Assembly (NCBI GenBank): GCA_028688415.1
Contig: JAQTYF010000001.1
Span: 336,627 to 400,626 of the forward strand
DNA: 64,000 nucleotides
Direction of reading: 5' to 3'
DNA from: Candidatus Moraniibacteriota bacterium
Lineage (GTDB): Bacteria > Patescibacteriota > Minisyncoccia > Moranbacterales > UBA1568
The position numbers and the translations under genes are program-made. The first letter of the stretch is position 1. Each line of letters starts with the position of its first letter. Shown here piece by piece: positions 40,059-49,397 of the stretch. The notes below the pieces were generated by a model. That model had not been told where the DNA came from and searched no databases. It was given only the letters and a program-made list of their open reading frames with translations.

Positions 40059-41210
40059 ATGTTTTCATTACCCCTTGTCATACCAGAGACAGTAAAACGT
40101 CAGTATCAGATCGCACGGGTAATACTGTATGGCATCGTCATTACGAGCACTTGCCTGTTCGTTTTCCAGACACTGTTTCCGACGCTTGTTTTTTCTTTCA
40201 ACTTCCGCACACCCAACTCGAGCAAAAACAATTTGATCGATCCTCGTACGGAACAAAACAGTCTGAATACAAATGGGAAAATGAATACCAATGAAGTTCT
40301 CTTCAGTACTGCCAGTACTCTAGGGACATTCTCACAGGCACAGATAGAGCTCATACTCGAGAAAAAATCAGCTCCTCTGGAAACAATGGACGTATCTCTC
40401 AGGCGTTCTTATCGCAGCTTCTTCCTCCCTGTTGGTACGGTTCTCACTGTTTCCCCTCTTGCCTCTTTATACAAAATCGATGATACATACTACGAATTAC
40501 GAGAAAACATTCTCTTTCCTTTCGTCAGTGCAAATGCGTATCATTCACGTTATCAAGATACGGACGCACGAGCAGAAGAAAGCGAGACCCTCTCTCAATA
40601 TACCCTCTCCGATACTTTTATCGGCTACCGTATTGGATCAACTGTTTCTTTTGCTGATGGTGTTTTCTTGATCGTCAGTGAGACAGAAATGAGACCCTTC
40701 GGAAGCGCAGAAATATTCCTTGCTCTCGGATATCGATTCGAAGATGTCATACCTGCCAGCGAAGAAGAAATTGGGATCTACAAACGAGGAAGAATTATCA
40801 CTCTTGGTATAGAACATCCAGATGGGACACTCTTCCTTGATCAAGATACGAACATATCGTATCTTATTGAAAACGGTACAAAACGACCAATCGAAAACAC
40901 AGAATATCTGACTTTCCTCACAGAAAGACAGACTCCTATCATTGCTTCATCCAAGATGAGCGCACAGACGACAACGTGTACTCTAAAGCCAGGTATCTTG
41001 GGTCAATCTCTGTCCTGTCAGACGCCGATTACAATGTTGCCATCTGGATTTGGGAATGATTTTGAAATTACACTCAAAAACGAAAGTGAACCTATCGACA
41101 TCAACACTCTCCAGGTGTCTCTCAAGACAGAAGCGAGTAAACAAAATATGTTGTCTATCATCTCAAAAATCAAACAGCGACTCCTGGTACGTTTTGGTTT
41201 TGGTGAGTAA
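40059..41210 (+). CDS. Hypothetical membrane-anchored protein
   Basis: N-terminal TM; three degenerate repeats (Y.l.ng..rPf), e.g. DGTLFLD...YLIENGTKRPI. Confidence 0.7.
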   Translation: MFSLPLVIPETVKRQYQIARVILYGIVITSTCLFVFQTLFPTLVFSFNFRTPNSSKNNLIDPRTEQNSLNTNGKMNTNEVLFSTASTLGTFSQAQIELILEKKSAPLETMDVSLRRSYRSFFLPVGTVLTVSPLASLYKIDDTYYELRENILFPFVSANAYHSRYQDTDARAEESETLSQYTLSDTFIGYRIGSTVSFADGVFLIVSETEMRPFGSAEIFLALGYRFEDVIPASEEEIGIYKRGRIITLGIEHPDGTLFLDQDTNISYLIENGTKRPIENTEYLTFLTERQTPIIASSKMSAQTTTCTLKPGILGQSLSCQTPITMLPSGFGNDFEITLKNESEPIDINTLQVSLKTEASKQNMLSIISKIKQRLLVRFGFGE

Positions 41211-41225
41211 CCTGAAAAATATCCT

Positions 41226-41645
41226 ATGAATACAATCACAACAGTACTTCTCGAACAACTCTTGCGTTTCAAAAAAAACGGGGTGCTTGCGGTATGCTAT
41301 GCACTCTTACTCGAATTCCTCTTCATCGGCTATATTGGATTTGCAGGACTTTTCACTCTCGAAATGCTTCTCCCAACCTTTGTAACAGCGCGACTCAGTC
41401 TGACAATATTCTTTCTCTACTTGCTCTCTGGTTCACTTCTCCTTGCATTTCTCGGAAGTGTCCTTGATATGCGTTTTTCTTGGAATATACAGAAGAATCA
41501 TCCTCTGATCTGGATTGGTTCCCTCTGGGCACTCGCTCTTTTCTTACTTTCACTTATTCATTTTCCTCTTTCTTCCATTCCTCTCATCATTCTCGCACTT
41601 TTTACTATAGGCTTTCTTTTCTGGAATATTTTCTTTCATGAATAA
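41226..41645 (+). CDS. Hypothetical 4-TM membrane protein
   Basis: 139-aa hydrophobic ORF, co-oriented with the upstream genes. Confidence 0.7.
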   Translation: MNTITTVLLEQLLRFKKNGVLAVCYALLLEFLFIGYIGFAGLFTLEMLLPTFVTARLSLTIFFLYLLSGSLLLAFLGSVLDMRFSWNIQKNHPLIWIGSLWALALFLLSLIHFPLSSIPLIILALFTIGFLFWNIFFHE

Positions 41646-41678
41646 AGAAAAGGAACTTCCATACCAAATAAAGATTTT

Positions 41679-42503
41679 TTAGATTGTACGAATCTTCTTC
41701 GAAAAATCAGGATCAACAGCGTGTCTGTGAGCACGTTCATTGATGAAATATTTTTTTTGTATATCAACAAAAGGAAGAGATTGATCAATGAGACCTTCCT
41801 CATACATGAGCACATCGGCATACTTTGCAACCCACATTTTGTAACTAAGAGGTATGTGTGTCATGCGCACAGCATTGATATGATCGATGAGATTGGTCAG
41901 ACACGTATTCGTAAATGGATTATAGAACTCAGGATTTTCTTGAATATATTGTGCTCGTTTCAAGGTATCAACAAAAAGTTGCTGAGCCTCCCCTGACGAC
42001 AATGTCATCGGGTAAAGATAGGTTTTGTCTTCTCGATAATTCGTACGGAGTTTGATGAGATCTTGTTCGTCTCCTATGACATAAACAAGTTCGTGCCTTC
42101 GCAAGAAGAAGAGTGTGGCAAATTGCGAAAAACGTTGTCCAATTTTTTTCCGTATTTCTACAGAGACTGATATATAGGTACCATCGTACAAACCAAAACT
42201 GAGCATCGTATGCGCGGCCAACCATGAAAACGGTTCAACCAGAAACCAGACATCTCGTATTTCTGTAAGAGGGAATGTCCGATCATAATACTTCGGAGTA
42301 TATTTCTGTACGCTTTGATAAGAAAAATTCCGAATATTTTTTATCGTTATCGTATGATCATCGCTTAAGATAATCTCAGGTAATATTTTCAAGTCAAGAG
42401 ACCAGTTCCGATCATTCCGTGGTCGACGAAAACCAAAAAACCGCTTCAGAAGAGAACTCGCCCTTCCTCTGTACTGCGCCCAAGTTTTGTATGTCTTTCT
42501 CAT
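41679..42503 (-). CDS. DUF4105 / Lnb N-terminal-like domain protein
   Basis: IRNF.Y, AHTMLSFG, SVEIRK, PEFYNPFTNTC motifs. Confidence 0.8.
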   Translation of the reverse strand: MRKTYKTWAQYRGRASSLLKRFFGFRRPRNDRNWSLDLKILPEIILSDDHTITIKNIRNFSYQSVQKYTPKYYDRTFPLTEIRDVWFLVEPFSWLAAHTMLSFGLYDGTYISVSVEIRKKIGQRFSQFATLFFLRRHELVYVIGDEQDLIKLRTNYREDKTYLYPMTLSSGEAQQLFVDTLKRAQYIQENPEFYNPFTNTCLTNLIDHINAVRMTHIPLSYKMWVAKYADVLMYEEGLIDQSLPFVDIQKKYFINERAHRHAVDPDFSKKIRTI

Positions 42504-42535
42504 AACAAAACCGCAAGAAACAATTTTCGAAGAAA

Positions 42536-43993
42536 TTAGAGAAGAGATGAGAGATCCAACACTTCATCAATACGGATTTGAGCAACAAAGTCTGGGACGT
42601 GAGAAACAAAAATCATTGCGCCCTTGTAATTATCGAGGGCCTCGGCAATCACTGGTAAATGACGGAAGTTGATATGGTTTGTCGGCTCATCGAGGATGAG
42701 TAAATCTGGCTTCTCAGCATAAAGAATGGCAAACATAAGTAATCCTTTCTGTCCTTCTGACAGACTCTCTATTTTATTTTGCATCAATTCTGCTGGAATG
42801 AGAAATTTTGTCGCTATTTTATACGCCTGTTCTTTACTCTTTTCTTCCATTGACGCGAGAAGAGTGTCCATTACTGTGCTTTCAAAATCAAGCGTCGAAA
42901 AATCCTGACGATAATAGCCTACTTTGATACCGTCAGTGATATGTGCACGATCTTTGTCTCCAGAAGCGAGTGCTTCGAGAAATGTACTCTTGCCAATGCC
43001 ATTGGGTCCGGACACGAGGAGATGCATATTTTTTTTCAAAACAAGATCGACACGTTTCACTGCTGGTCCGAGATCAGTGATAAGTTTCACGGTTCGTATT
43101 TCGACAATTGGTCCGACAACGCCCGCGCACGATATTTCGAAATTCGGAAGAGTCTTGTCTTCCTGTCTCACGTCCATCTTGTTGTCCTCGAGATCTTCAG
43201 CGAGTGTGCGCATACGCTTGGCGACCGCACGGAGTTTTCCTCCTTTGTTGGCGAACACGTTGGCTTGGTCTTTCTTTTCTTGAATAGTACGTTCGAGCCG
43301 GACATTCTCGCTCTGCGCCTTGGCAATACGCTTGGCAATTTCTTCTACCACATCATAATAGTCTCCTGCGTACTGCTCGATTTTGTGGGTGAAAACATCG
43401 AGATAGAGCACTCCGTGCGTAAACGAGTTCAAGAAGTCGGCATCGTGAGAAATCACGATACAGGTCTTCTCATAATTGATCAAAAAATCAGTGAGATGAA
43501 GAATACCAGCCGTATCGAGATTATTTGTTGGTTCATCGAGAAGCAAGATATCTGGGTCTTGAATGAGTGCTGATGCGAGGAGAAGACGGGCTTGCTGACC
43601 TCCGGAAAACTCACGAATTTTTTTATCAAGCGGTGGCATAGGAAGATTGACTATTTCAAGTACTTCTCTGATACCCATTTCGAGTTCCCATTCTTTCCCT
43701 TTGAAAAATTGATCGAAGAAATCTTGCACAGTGAGTTCGAGTTCTGCCCGAGGAATGGTTTGTCGTCCGATAGCGACGGTTGCTCCAGGATCGATCGAGA
43801 CACGACCGAACTGAGGCTTTTCTTCACCAGTGATGAGTTTGAAGAGCGAGCTCTTTCCAGCTCCATTCTGACCCATCAGGGTTACTTTTGAGCCACCACG
43901 CATACTGAAACTTACCTCATCTAAGATAGGTTTTTTGTGTCCATATTCGAAAGACACTTTATCAAATCGCATTACAACGTTATCTTTGGCCAT
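42536..43993 (-). CDS. ABC-F family ATPase
   Basis: GQNGAGKS/FSGGQ/LDEPTNNLD and GPNGIGKS/LSEGQ/LDEPTNH. Confidence 0.92.
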   Translation of the reverse strand: MAKDNVVMRFDKVSFEYGHKKPILDEVSFSMRGGSKVTLMGQNGAGKSSLFKLITGEEKPQFGRVSIDPGATVAIGRQTIPRAELELTVQDFFDQFFKGKEWELEMGIREVLEIVNLPMPPLDKKIREFSGGQQARLLLASALIQDPDILLLDEPTNNLDTAGILHLTDFLINYEKTCIVISHDADFLNSFTHGVLYLDVFTHKIEQYAGDYYDVVEEIAKRIAKAQSENVRLERTIQEKKDQANVFANKGGKLRAVAKRMRTLAEDLEDNKMDVRQEDKTLPNFEISCAGVVGPIVEIRTVKLITDLGPAVKRVDLVLKKNMHLLVSGPNGIGKSTFLEALASGDKDRAHITDGIKVGYYRQDFSTLDFESTVMDTLLASMEEKSKEQAYKIATKFLIPAELMQNKIESLSEGQKGLLMFAILYAEKPDLLILDEPTNHINFRHLPVIAEALDNYKGAMIFVSHVPDFVAQIRIDEVLDLSSLL

Positions 43994-43999
43994 AGTGTA

Positions 44000-44122
44000 T
44001 CTAAAAAAAAGAACCCTTCGATTCCGCCAACAGAAAAGTTGGTTTCACTCAGGGCATGACAAAAAGCCATGGAGGCTGTTTCTCAGCAGAGGTATTGTGA
44101 CACAGAATTCTCTTCTTTGCAA
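44000..44122 (-). promoter_or_regulatory. Promoter plus structured 5' leader of the ABC-F gene (candidate attenuator)
   Basis: Minus strand TTGCAA, 17 bp, CACAAT; then hairpins gctg/cagc, catggc/gtcatg and ccct..ccaac/gttgg..aggg followed by T8 just before the ATG. Confidence 0.5.
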
Positions 44123-44215
44123 GAGATGTTGTTCAAAGATTATAGGATATTTACAAATTTCGATCTTCTCGAACGAAAAAAGGACCTTCCCTTCTTTTTC
44201 GTCATTTTCTTTGTA

Positions 44216-44527
44216 TTATTTCCCTTCTGCTCCTGTCTTTGTGTTGTTGTATGTGTCCATTTGTTTCATTGCTTCTTCTGGAGTGATAGTACCGGCTGTC
44301 ACCTGATTCTGGAGCTCTTGGAGCTTGTCGACAGAAGATGCTGGTGCTGGCTCTGATGAAGGAGGAAGTGTCATCGTATCTGATGACGATTCTTGAGAAA
44401 CTGTTTCTGTGGTATTTACCACAGAAGACTGTGAAGCAGTTTGCTTCTGAATCATGAGTACATATCCGAGAATAAGAAAGGAAACAACAAGTATGGTTCC
44501 AAAAATGACTTTGAGTGGTGTTGGCAT
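44216..44527 (-). CDS. Small membrane-anchored protein
   Basis: N-terminal TM, S/T-rich linker, C-terminal GTITPEEA. Confidence 0.7.
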   Translation of the reverse strand: MPTPLKVIFGTILVVSFLILGYVLMIQKQTASQSSVVNTTETVSQESSSDTMTLPPSSEPAPASSVDKLQELQNQVTAGTITPEEAMKQMDTYNNTKTGAEGK

Positions 44528-44551
44528 AGTTTTTTGGTTATTTTTGATGAG

Positions 44552-46759
44552 TTAGAATGGTACTGTCTCTTTCCAATTAAAGTCACAGTAGCGGGTACCA
44601 TTGCAATTGTTTGTTCCGCAACCGTTACTATCATCATAGGTTTTTCCTGTGCAGAAACTGTTTCCTCGATCACAGCTTGGAGTACATGCCGGAGACACGA
44701 ACCCACATGTTGAACCATTCCAAGTGTAACCAGAAGCACATTGGAATTTACAGGCTACTGATCCAGGATCGGTTGCTGAGTACGTATAGGGTGTGTTTGC
44801 TCCTGGTGTGAGACTATTCCACGCCATAGCATGAGAAGGAAAACTTGTACAGGAATAAGTAGGAGCGACACAACTACCTCCACTCCATGTGAAGCCACCA
44901 TTACAACTGAACTGACATCTTGGTGCGGTATTGGTAGCAGAATAGGCATAGGGAGTATTGGCAGAAAGGCCTACGTTGTCACTTACAAACATACTGGCAT
45001 TAGCTGGGATGGTGCCGGTGCAGGAGTAGGTTGGTGTTGGAGGAAGGACACAACTACTTCCATTCCAATTGTATCCACCGTTACAACTGTACTGACATCT
45101 TGTGCCGGTGTCGGTAGCCCAGTATGAGTATGGGGTATCGGCAGTGAGGTTTACATTGTCATTGGCAAACATCGTAGCATTTACTGGGACAGATCCTTGA
45201 CAAATTTTTGTCTCACACTGGTTTCCAGGTCTTCGACCTACAATCACTGGTGATGGTGTTGCTACTTTTTCTGGACCTGGTCCTGCTATATTCCTTGCGC
45301 GTACACTGACAACATGACTTGATTCTGGTATAAGTTTTCTGAAGGTATATCCGGTTGCATAATAACCTCTTTGAATCCACGTCCCTCCATCAATTTGAAT
45401 ATCGTAGCCAGTTGCTCCTGTCACGGGTGACCAGAGCGCAGTCAAAGTATCTGATTGACAATCACCTGCACTTACAGAGACAGTTGCGGGGGCTGGTAGG
45501 ACAGCCACACAACTACTTCCATTCCAATTGTATCCACCGTTGCAGGAATACTGACACCTTGTGCCTGTATCAGTGGCCCAGTATGAATATGGGGTATCAG
45601 CGTTAAGACTTACATCGTCATTTGCAAACATCGTTGCGTTTGTTGGGACAATGCCAGTGCAGGAATAGGTAGGCACTGGACACGTTGCTGTACTACATGA
45701 TGTTGCACCCCATCGCGTTGCACCGTTTACAAAAGGACATGCGGTACCACCATTCGCCGCTGGGGTGTAGATGGTGTACAACTGTTGTTTGACTCCTGTT
45801 TGACCACACGCTCCCGTGACACTACAGGTAGCGGTATCACTCCATGAACCAACACAGTTAACAGGGGTAGGAGGTGTACACGTATAGACCCCCTGAGTCC
45901 AGGTACCATTATTACAATTCCATCTACGCGAACCAGTGTACCCAGCGGGAGAAGCTACAGATGTAGATGTATAACTACTTCCACTTGAGGTTACAGGAGC
46001 ATTCAGGTTGTATACACAGGTTGGAGTGAGATTGTCTGTGCCTGAGTAGGCGGGACAAGTGGCGGGCGCAGAAGCAGTCACAGAAAATGAGACACTCGCT
46101 GCACTCGCTTGACCGGAGGCAAACAAAGAACCTGAAGTAAAGGAATCGCCAGACCAACCCGTTTGATAATAATAACTATACGGCGTTGCACGAAAATTAA
46201 TGGTAGCGGTTATTGTACCGGAACCATTCACCGTACAGGTCGATCCACTTGGTGTACATGGCCCAGAAAAGGAATACGTCGGTGACGGAGGCGCGATGGA
46301 CAGTCCGAGAGCGAGGGTGTCGTAATCATTGATGTCATTACAATCCATAACTGGCTCCAATACATCAAAACCACCAAAACCTGCTCCTGACACCCAGTGT
46401 CCAGAAGGACTATTCCAAGTAGATCCGGTCGCAAACCACTGTATATCAGCATTATTAGTAATAGGAGCAAGGCTAAGGATATGCCCGCTAGTAATACTGG
46501 CACCATCCGTTATTTCTGTTCCATTATCATACAAAGATGCTCGATGCATCAAACTTCCTGCAAGGTTAAAAGAAAAACATACTCCTTGTGGGGCAGCACC
46601 GACGACCGTGCCAGTATTGATGGTAGTTCCTGGTATAGTCACACTTCCGCTCGTCTTTGATGCTAAGGCGGGCACTGGATCAATCGCAACACCAAGAAAT
46701 AAGGAGAGGAAAATAAAGATTTTAAAATATGAATGTTTCATAGTGTTATTTGATTTCAT
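44552..46759 (-). CDS. Secreted Cys-rich repeat surface protein with TSP1-like and FN3-like modules
   Basis: Signal peptide; PVNCVGSWS...PAANGGTACP; FN3-like WSPVTGATGY...VSVRARNIAGPG; 3-4 repeats of about 55 aa. Confidence 0.85.
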   Translation of the reverse strand: MKSNNTMKHSYFKIFIFLSLFLGVAIDPVPALASKTSGSVTIPGTTINTGTVVGAAPQGVCFSFNLAGSLMHRASLYDNGTEITDGASITSGHILSLAPITNNADIQWFATGSTWNSPSGHWVSGAGFGGFDVLEPVMDCNDINDYDTLALGLSIAPPSPTYSFSGPCTPSGSTCTVNGSGTITATINFRATPYSYYYQTGWSGDSFTSGSLFASGQASAASVSFSVTASAPATCPAYSGTDNLTPTCVYNLNAPVTSSGSSYTSTSVASPAGYTGSRRWNCNNGTWTQGVYTCTPPTPVNCVGSWSDTATCSVTGACGQTGVKQQLYTIYTPAANGGTACPFVNGATRWGATSCSTATCPVPTYSCTGIVPTNATMFANDDVSLNADTPYSYWATDTGTRCQYSCNGGYNWNGSSCVAVLPAPATVSVSAGDCQSDTLTALWSPVTGATGYDIQIDGGTWIQRGYYATGYTFRKLIPESSHVVSVRARNIAGPGPEKVATPSPVIVGRRPGNQCETKICQGSVPVNATMFANDNVNLTADTPYSYWATDTGTRCQYSCNGGYNWNGSSCVLPPTPTYSCTGTIPANASMFVSDNVGLSANTPYAYSATNTAPRCQFSCNGGFTWSGGSCVAPTYSCTSFPSHAMAWNSLTPGANTPYTYSATDPGSVACKFQCASGYTWNGSTCGFVSPACTPSCDRGNSFCTGKTYDDSNGCGTNNCNGTRYCDFNWKETVPF
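44868..45671. repeat. Intragenic direct repeats of the Cys-rich module
   Basis: 35-nt identity acacaactacttccattccaattgtatccaccgtt at 45048-45082 and 45507-45541; a diverged third copy starts near 44868. Confidence 0.85.
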
Positions 46760-48197
46760 TTGTGCTTATCATATTATTTTCTCTTCCCCTTTTCCTTCGA
46801 ACAATGAGAAATGTACCAAGAGCGACAATGAGAATAACAACTGCGGAACCAAAAATGATGAGTGAGGTATTACTCTTCGGACACAGCGTAGGATCTATTG
46901 CACTACAACTATACCTAATAGTGATTTCTTGAGCTGGCTTCCCTACCTGAGTAACACTTGAAGTGAGTGTGAAATCATACAAATCTTTTTCAAGCACAAA
47001 GTCATCCTTGAAACCAAGAACACTACTGGTAATTCCATTGGCATATGTAAAGGTGTGAAGAATATTTTGGTCAGCATCCTTGAGCGTAACGGTGATGACG
47101 CTGTCTTTGACATTGTTTGGTCCTGCTGAATGTGCGCAAGCAAAGAGTGTACTCGTCGCACCTGCCTTTAACGGATAGGTTGCAACACCGAGCTTGTTGT
47201 TGTGTGTCTCCTCTATTCCATTTCTACTGAAACGGATATCCAAGATTGATTCTGCATCGTGATCTTTTACCGTCACGACAACATAAGAAACACTATTATC
47301 AATAACAGGCACTTCGTATGAAAGAGATTTTGTTTCTTGCGGTTGGAGGGTAATTTTCTCGGTTTTTTCCGTTTTGAAATTACCAGCAAAAAGTGCATCC
47401 CACGAGTAGAGCTTGTACGTAACTTCGACCTGATTTGGTGTGTCCTTAGGATTCACGAGCGCAAAAGAGGCAATGACTTTCTCCTCCTTTGCAAAAGCGG
47501 GGATAGGCTGAGCAAAATAAAAGTTTTTGTCATTTAATTTGACGGTATCCTCATCAAAATACACGGGCAGATCTGTATATGTATTGTCAATTTGAAACGC
47601 CGCCACGTTCCCCGTAATGTCATTCGTAAAAGTGAGTCCCGTTATACTGTGACGATGGGCGGAAGAATAATAGAATACCACCTCATAATCTCCTGCTTGT
47701 GCGGATGCGGGTACTTGCCAAGTAAACGTTACGGGTTTCTTTTCATTTGCTTTGAGTGCAATATTGTCAACCGCTATGAATTGAGCGACAAGTCTATGAC
47801 CATTCAAATGTTCGTTCTCAACACTCTTGCTATTCTTATAAAAAATCTTTGCATATACCTGTCCTTCGACAACGGGGTAATTGAATGGGTTGATCACCTT
47901 TCCCGAAAAAGTCGCCAATGTTCCTGGCAAGAGGCTATGCTCGGATGGTGAAATATCAATAGAAATCTTCCCAAAAGTAAGATAGTCCTGGCAGTCTATT
48001 GTGCCGATCGGATACACAGGCTTCGGCGGATGGAGAAGATTTTCCTGTTGTACGGAATTCAATCGATCATAAAAAACTTTTTGCTCAGGGGTGAGTTGAG
48101 AAACATCTGTGTACGGACGTGATTCAGTGTCGGCCTGTACAAACGGAATAAAAAGAAAAAACATTCCTACAATAAAAAATTTATACAATATACGCAT
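46746..48197 (-). CDS. Secreted beta-rich protein with C-terminal membrane anchor
   Basis: Signal peptide, Ig-like strands (VTFTWQVP..AGDY), C-terminal TM followed by RRKRGR. Confidence 0.75.
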   Translation of the reverse strand: MRILYKFFIVGMFFLFIPFVQADTESRPYTDVSQLTPEQKVFYDRLNSVQQENLLHPPKPVYPIGTIDCQDYLTFGKISIDISPSEHSLLPGTLATFSGKVINPFNYPVVEGQVYAKIFYKNSKSVENEHLNGHRLVAQFIAVDNIALKANEKKPVTFTWQVPASAQAGDYEVVFYYSSAHRHSITGLTFTNDITGNVAAFQIDNTYTDLPVYFDEDTVKLNDKNFYFAQPIPAFAKEEKVIASFALVNPKDTPNQVEVTYKLYSWDALFAGNFKTEKTEKITLQPQETKSLSYEVPVIDNSVSYVVVTVKDHDAESILDIRFSRNGIEETHNNKLGVATYPLKAGATSTLFACAHSAGPNNVKDSVITVTLKDADQNILHTFTYANGITSSVLGFKDDFVLEKDLYDFTLTSSVTQVGKPAQEITIRYSCSAIDPTLCPKSNTSLIIFGSAVVILIVALGTFLIVRRKRGRENNMISTNEIK

Positions 48198-48269
48198 ACA
48201 GATTTTTGATTTTTACACTTTTTAATTTCATTTCCATTATACCCCCCGAGGGAAATCGTCAAATATTTG

Positions 48270-49397
48270 TCAAGACTGTATATATTCCAAAGTTTCTCGC
48301 GCACATTTGTCCCACGAAAATTTTTGTAACTGTTCTTTTCCTTTCTGTATAAGTGTTCGTCGTAATTGCTCATCACTCCAGAGACAGAGTAGTTTCTCAG
48401 TCATATCAGAAACGTCGAGTGCGTCACAGAAGAGTACGGCATCTCCACCTACTTCGAGAAGACTCGAATTATTGGCCGTCATCACCGGGACACCAGATGC
48501 AAACGCTTCGAGAATTGGTAGACCAAATCCTTCATAGAGTGATGGAAAAACAAAAAATCGAGCTCCTTGATAAAGGCTACGGAGATCAGAGAAACTCACC
48601 GCTCCCGTCAGAAGAATATCCTTTTTATAAGGACTCTTCTCTCGTACTTCCAATATCGATTGAGAGAGCCATGCTGGTTCCCCTGCCAAGACCAGCTTCA
48701 TATCGGGTGCTGTTTTCTTTGCCTCGTCAAATGCCTGGATGAGGCGGACGAGATTCTTTCTCGGCTGAAGTGCTCCGACATAAAGGACATACTGCCCAGG
48801 AAGTAAGGAATAAGAAGTAAGCAGTAAGCGAAGCTCTTCGGAAGAAAGTTTTGTACCAAAAAACTCACCATCAAATCCATGATGGATGACACGAATACGG
48901 TCTTCTGAAATATGCGGGAAGAATTCCACCACATCTTTCTTCGTCGATTCTGATACCGCGATGATCTTGTCAGCTCTCCGAAGTGCCACACCAAGGAGGA
49001 AGTTGAGCTTGAAAAGATGTGTCTTGGGAAATGTCTCTGGATATCGTCTGAAAGCGAGATCATGAATAGTCACGGTCACTTCCGTTTCTTTTGGGAGAAA
49101 AATCGGTGCAGCCTGAATCGGCAGAAAAAGTTTCTTCGGTCTCATGCGAAATATCTCCCACGCAAATCTCGTTTGCATCCAAGCAAAAGGAAAAACAAGC
49201 ATCTTCACGAAATAGTTCAGAAAATTTGGTGGAGTCAAGAGCGGATTGAAGATATTTCGATGATACAAATGAAACTTTGTTTCTGTATCAAATTTTCCAA
49301 AGCGTTTCAGGAGCTCTTTCAAATATACCCGTGTTCCATCGATACGCTGGTGATCGAGATCACTCACTTGTAGAGCTACCGTCGTATTATTTTTCAT
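48270..49397 (-). CDS. Glycosyltransferase family 4
   Basis: TIHDL, VGALQPRKNL, FPSLYEGFGLPILEAFASG. Confidence 0.95.
   Translation of the reverse strand: MKNNTTVALQVSDLDHQRIDGTRVYLKELLKRFGKFDTETKFHLYHRNIFNPLLTPPNFLNYFVKMLVFPFAWMQTRFAWEIFRMRPKKLFLPIQAAPIFLPKETEVTVTIHDLAFRRYPETFPKTHLFKLNFLLGVALRRADKIIAVSESTKKDVVEFFPHISEDRIRVIHHGFDGEFFGTKLSSEELRLLLTSYSLLPGQYVLYVGALQPRKNLVRLIQAFDEAKKTAPDMKLVLAGEPAWLSQSILEVREKSPYKKDILLTGAVSFSDLRSLYQGARFFVFPSLYEGFGLPILEAFASGVPVMTANNSSLLEVGGDAVLFCDALDVSDMTEKLLCLWSDEQLRRTLIQKGKEQLQKFSWDKCARETLEYIQS

Noticed and set aside
44014-44054. Hammerhead ribozyme in the ABC-F leader (CUGAGUGA...GAA)
   Set aside because: Does not match the CUGANGA/GAAA core, and stems I and III cannot be built
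44868-45671. Diversity-generating retroelement TR/VR pair
   Set aside because: Both repeats are in-frame coding modules, differences are not adenine-specific, and there is no reverse transcriptase in the window
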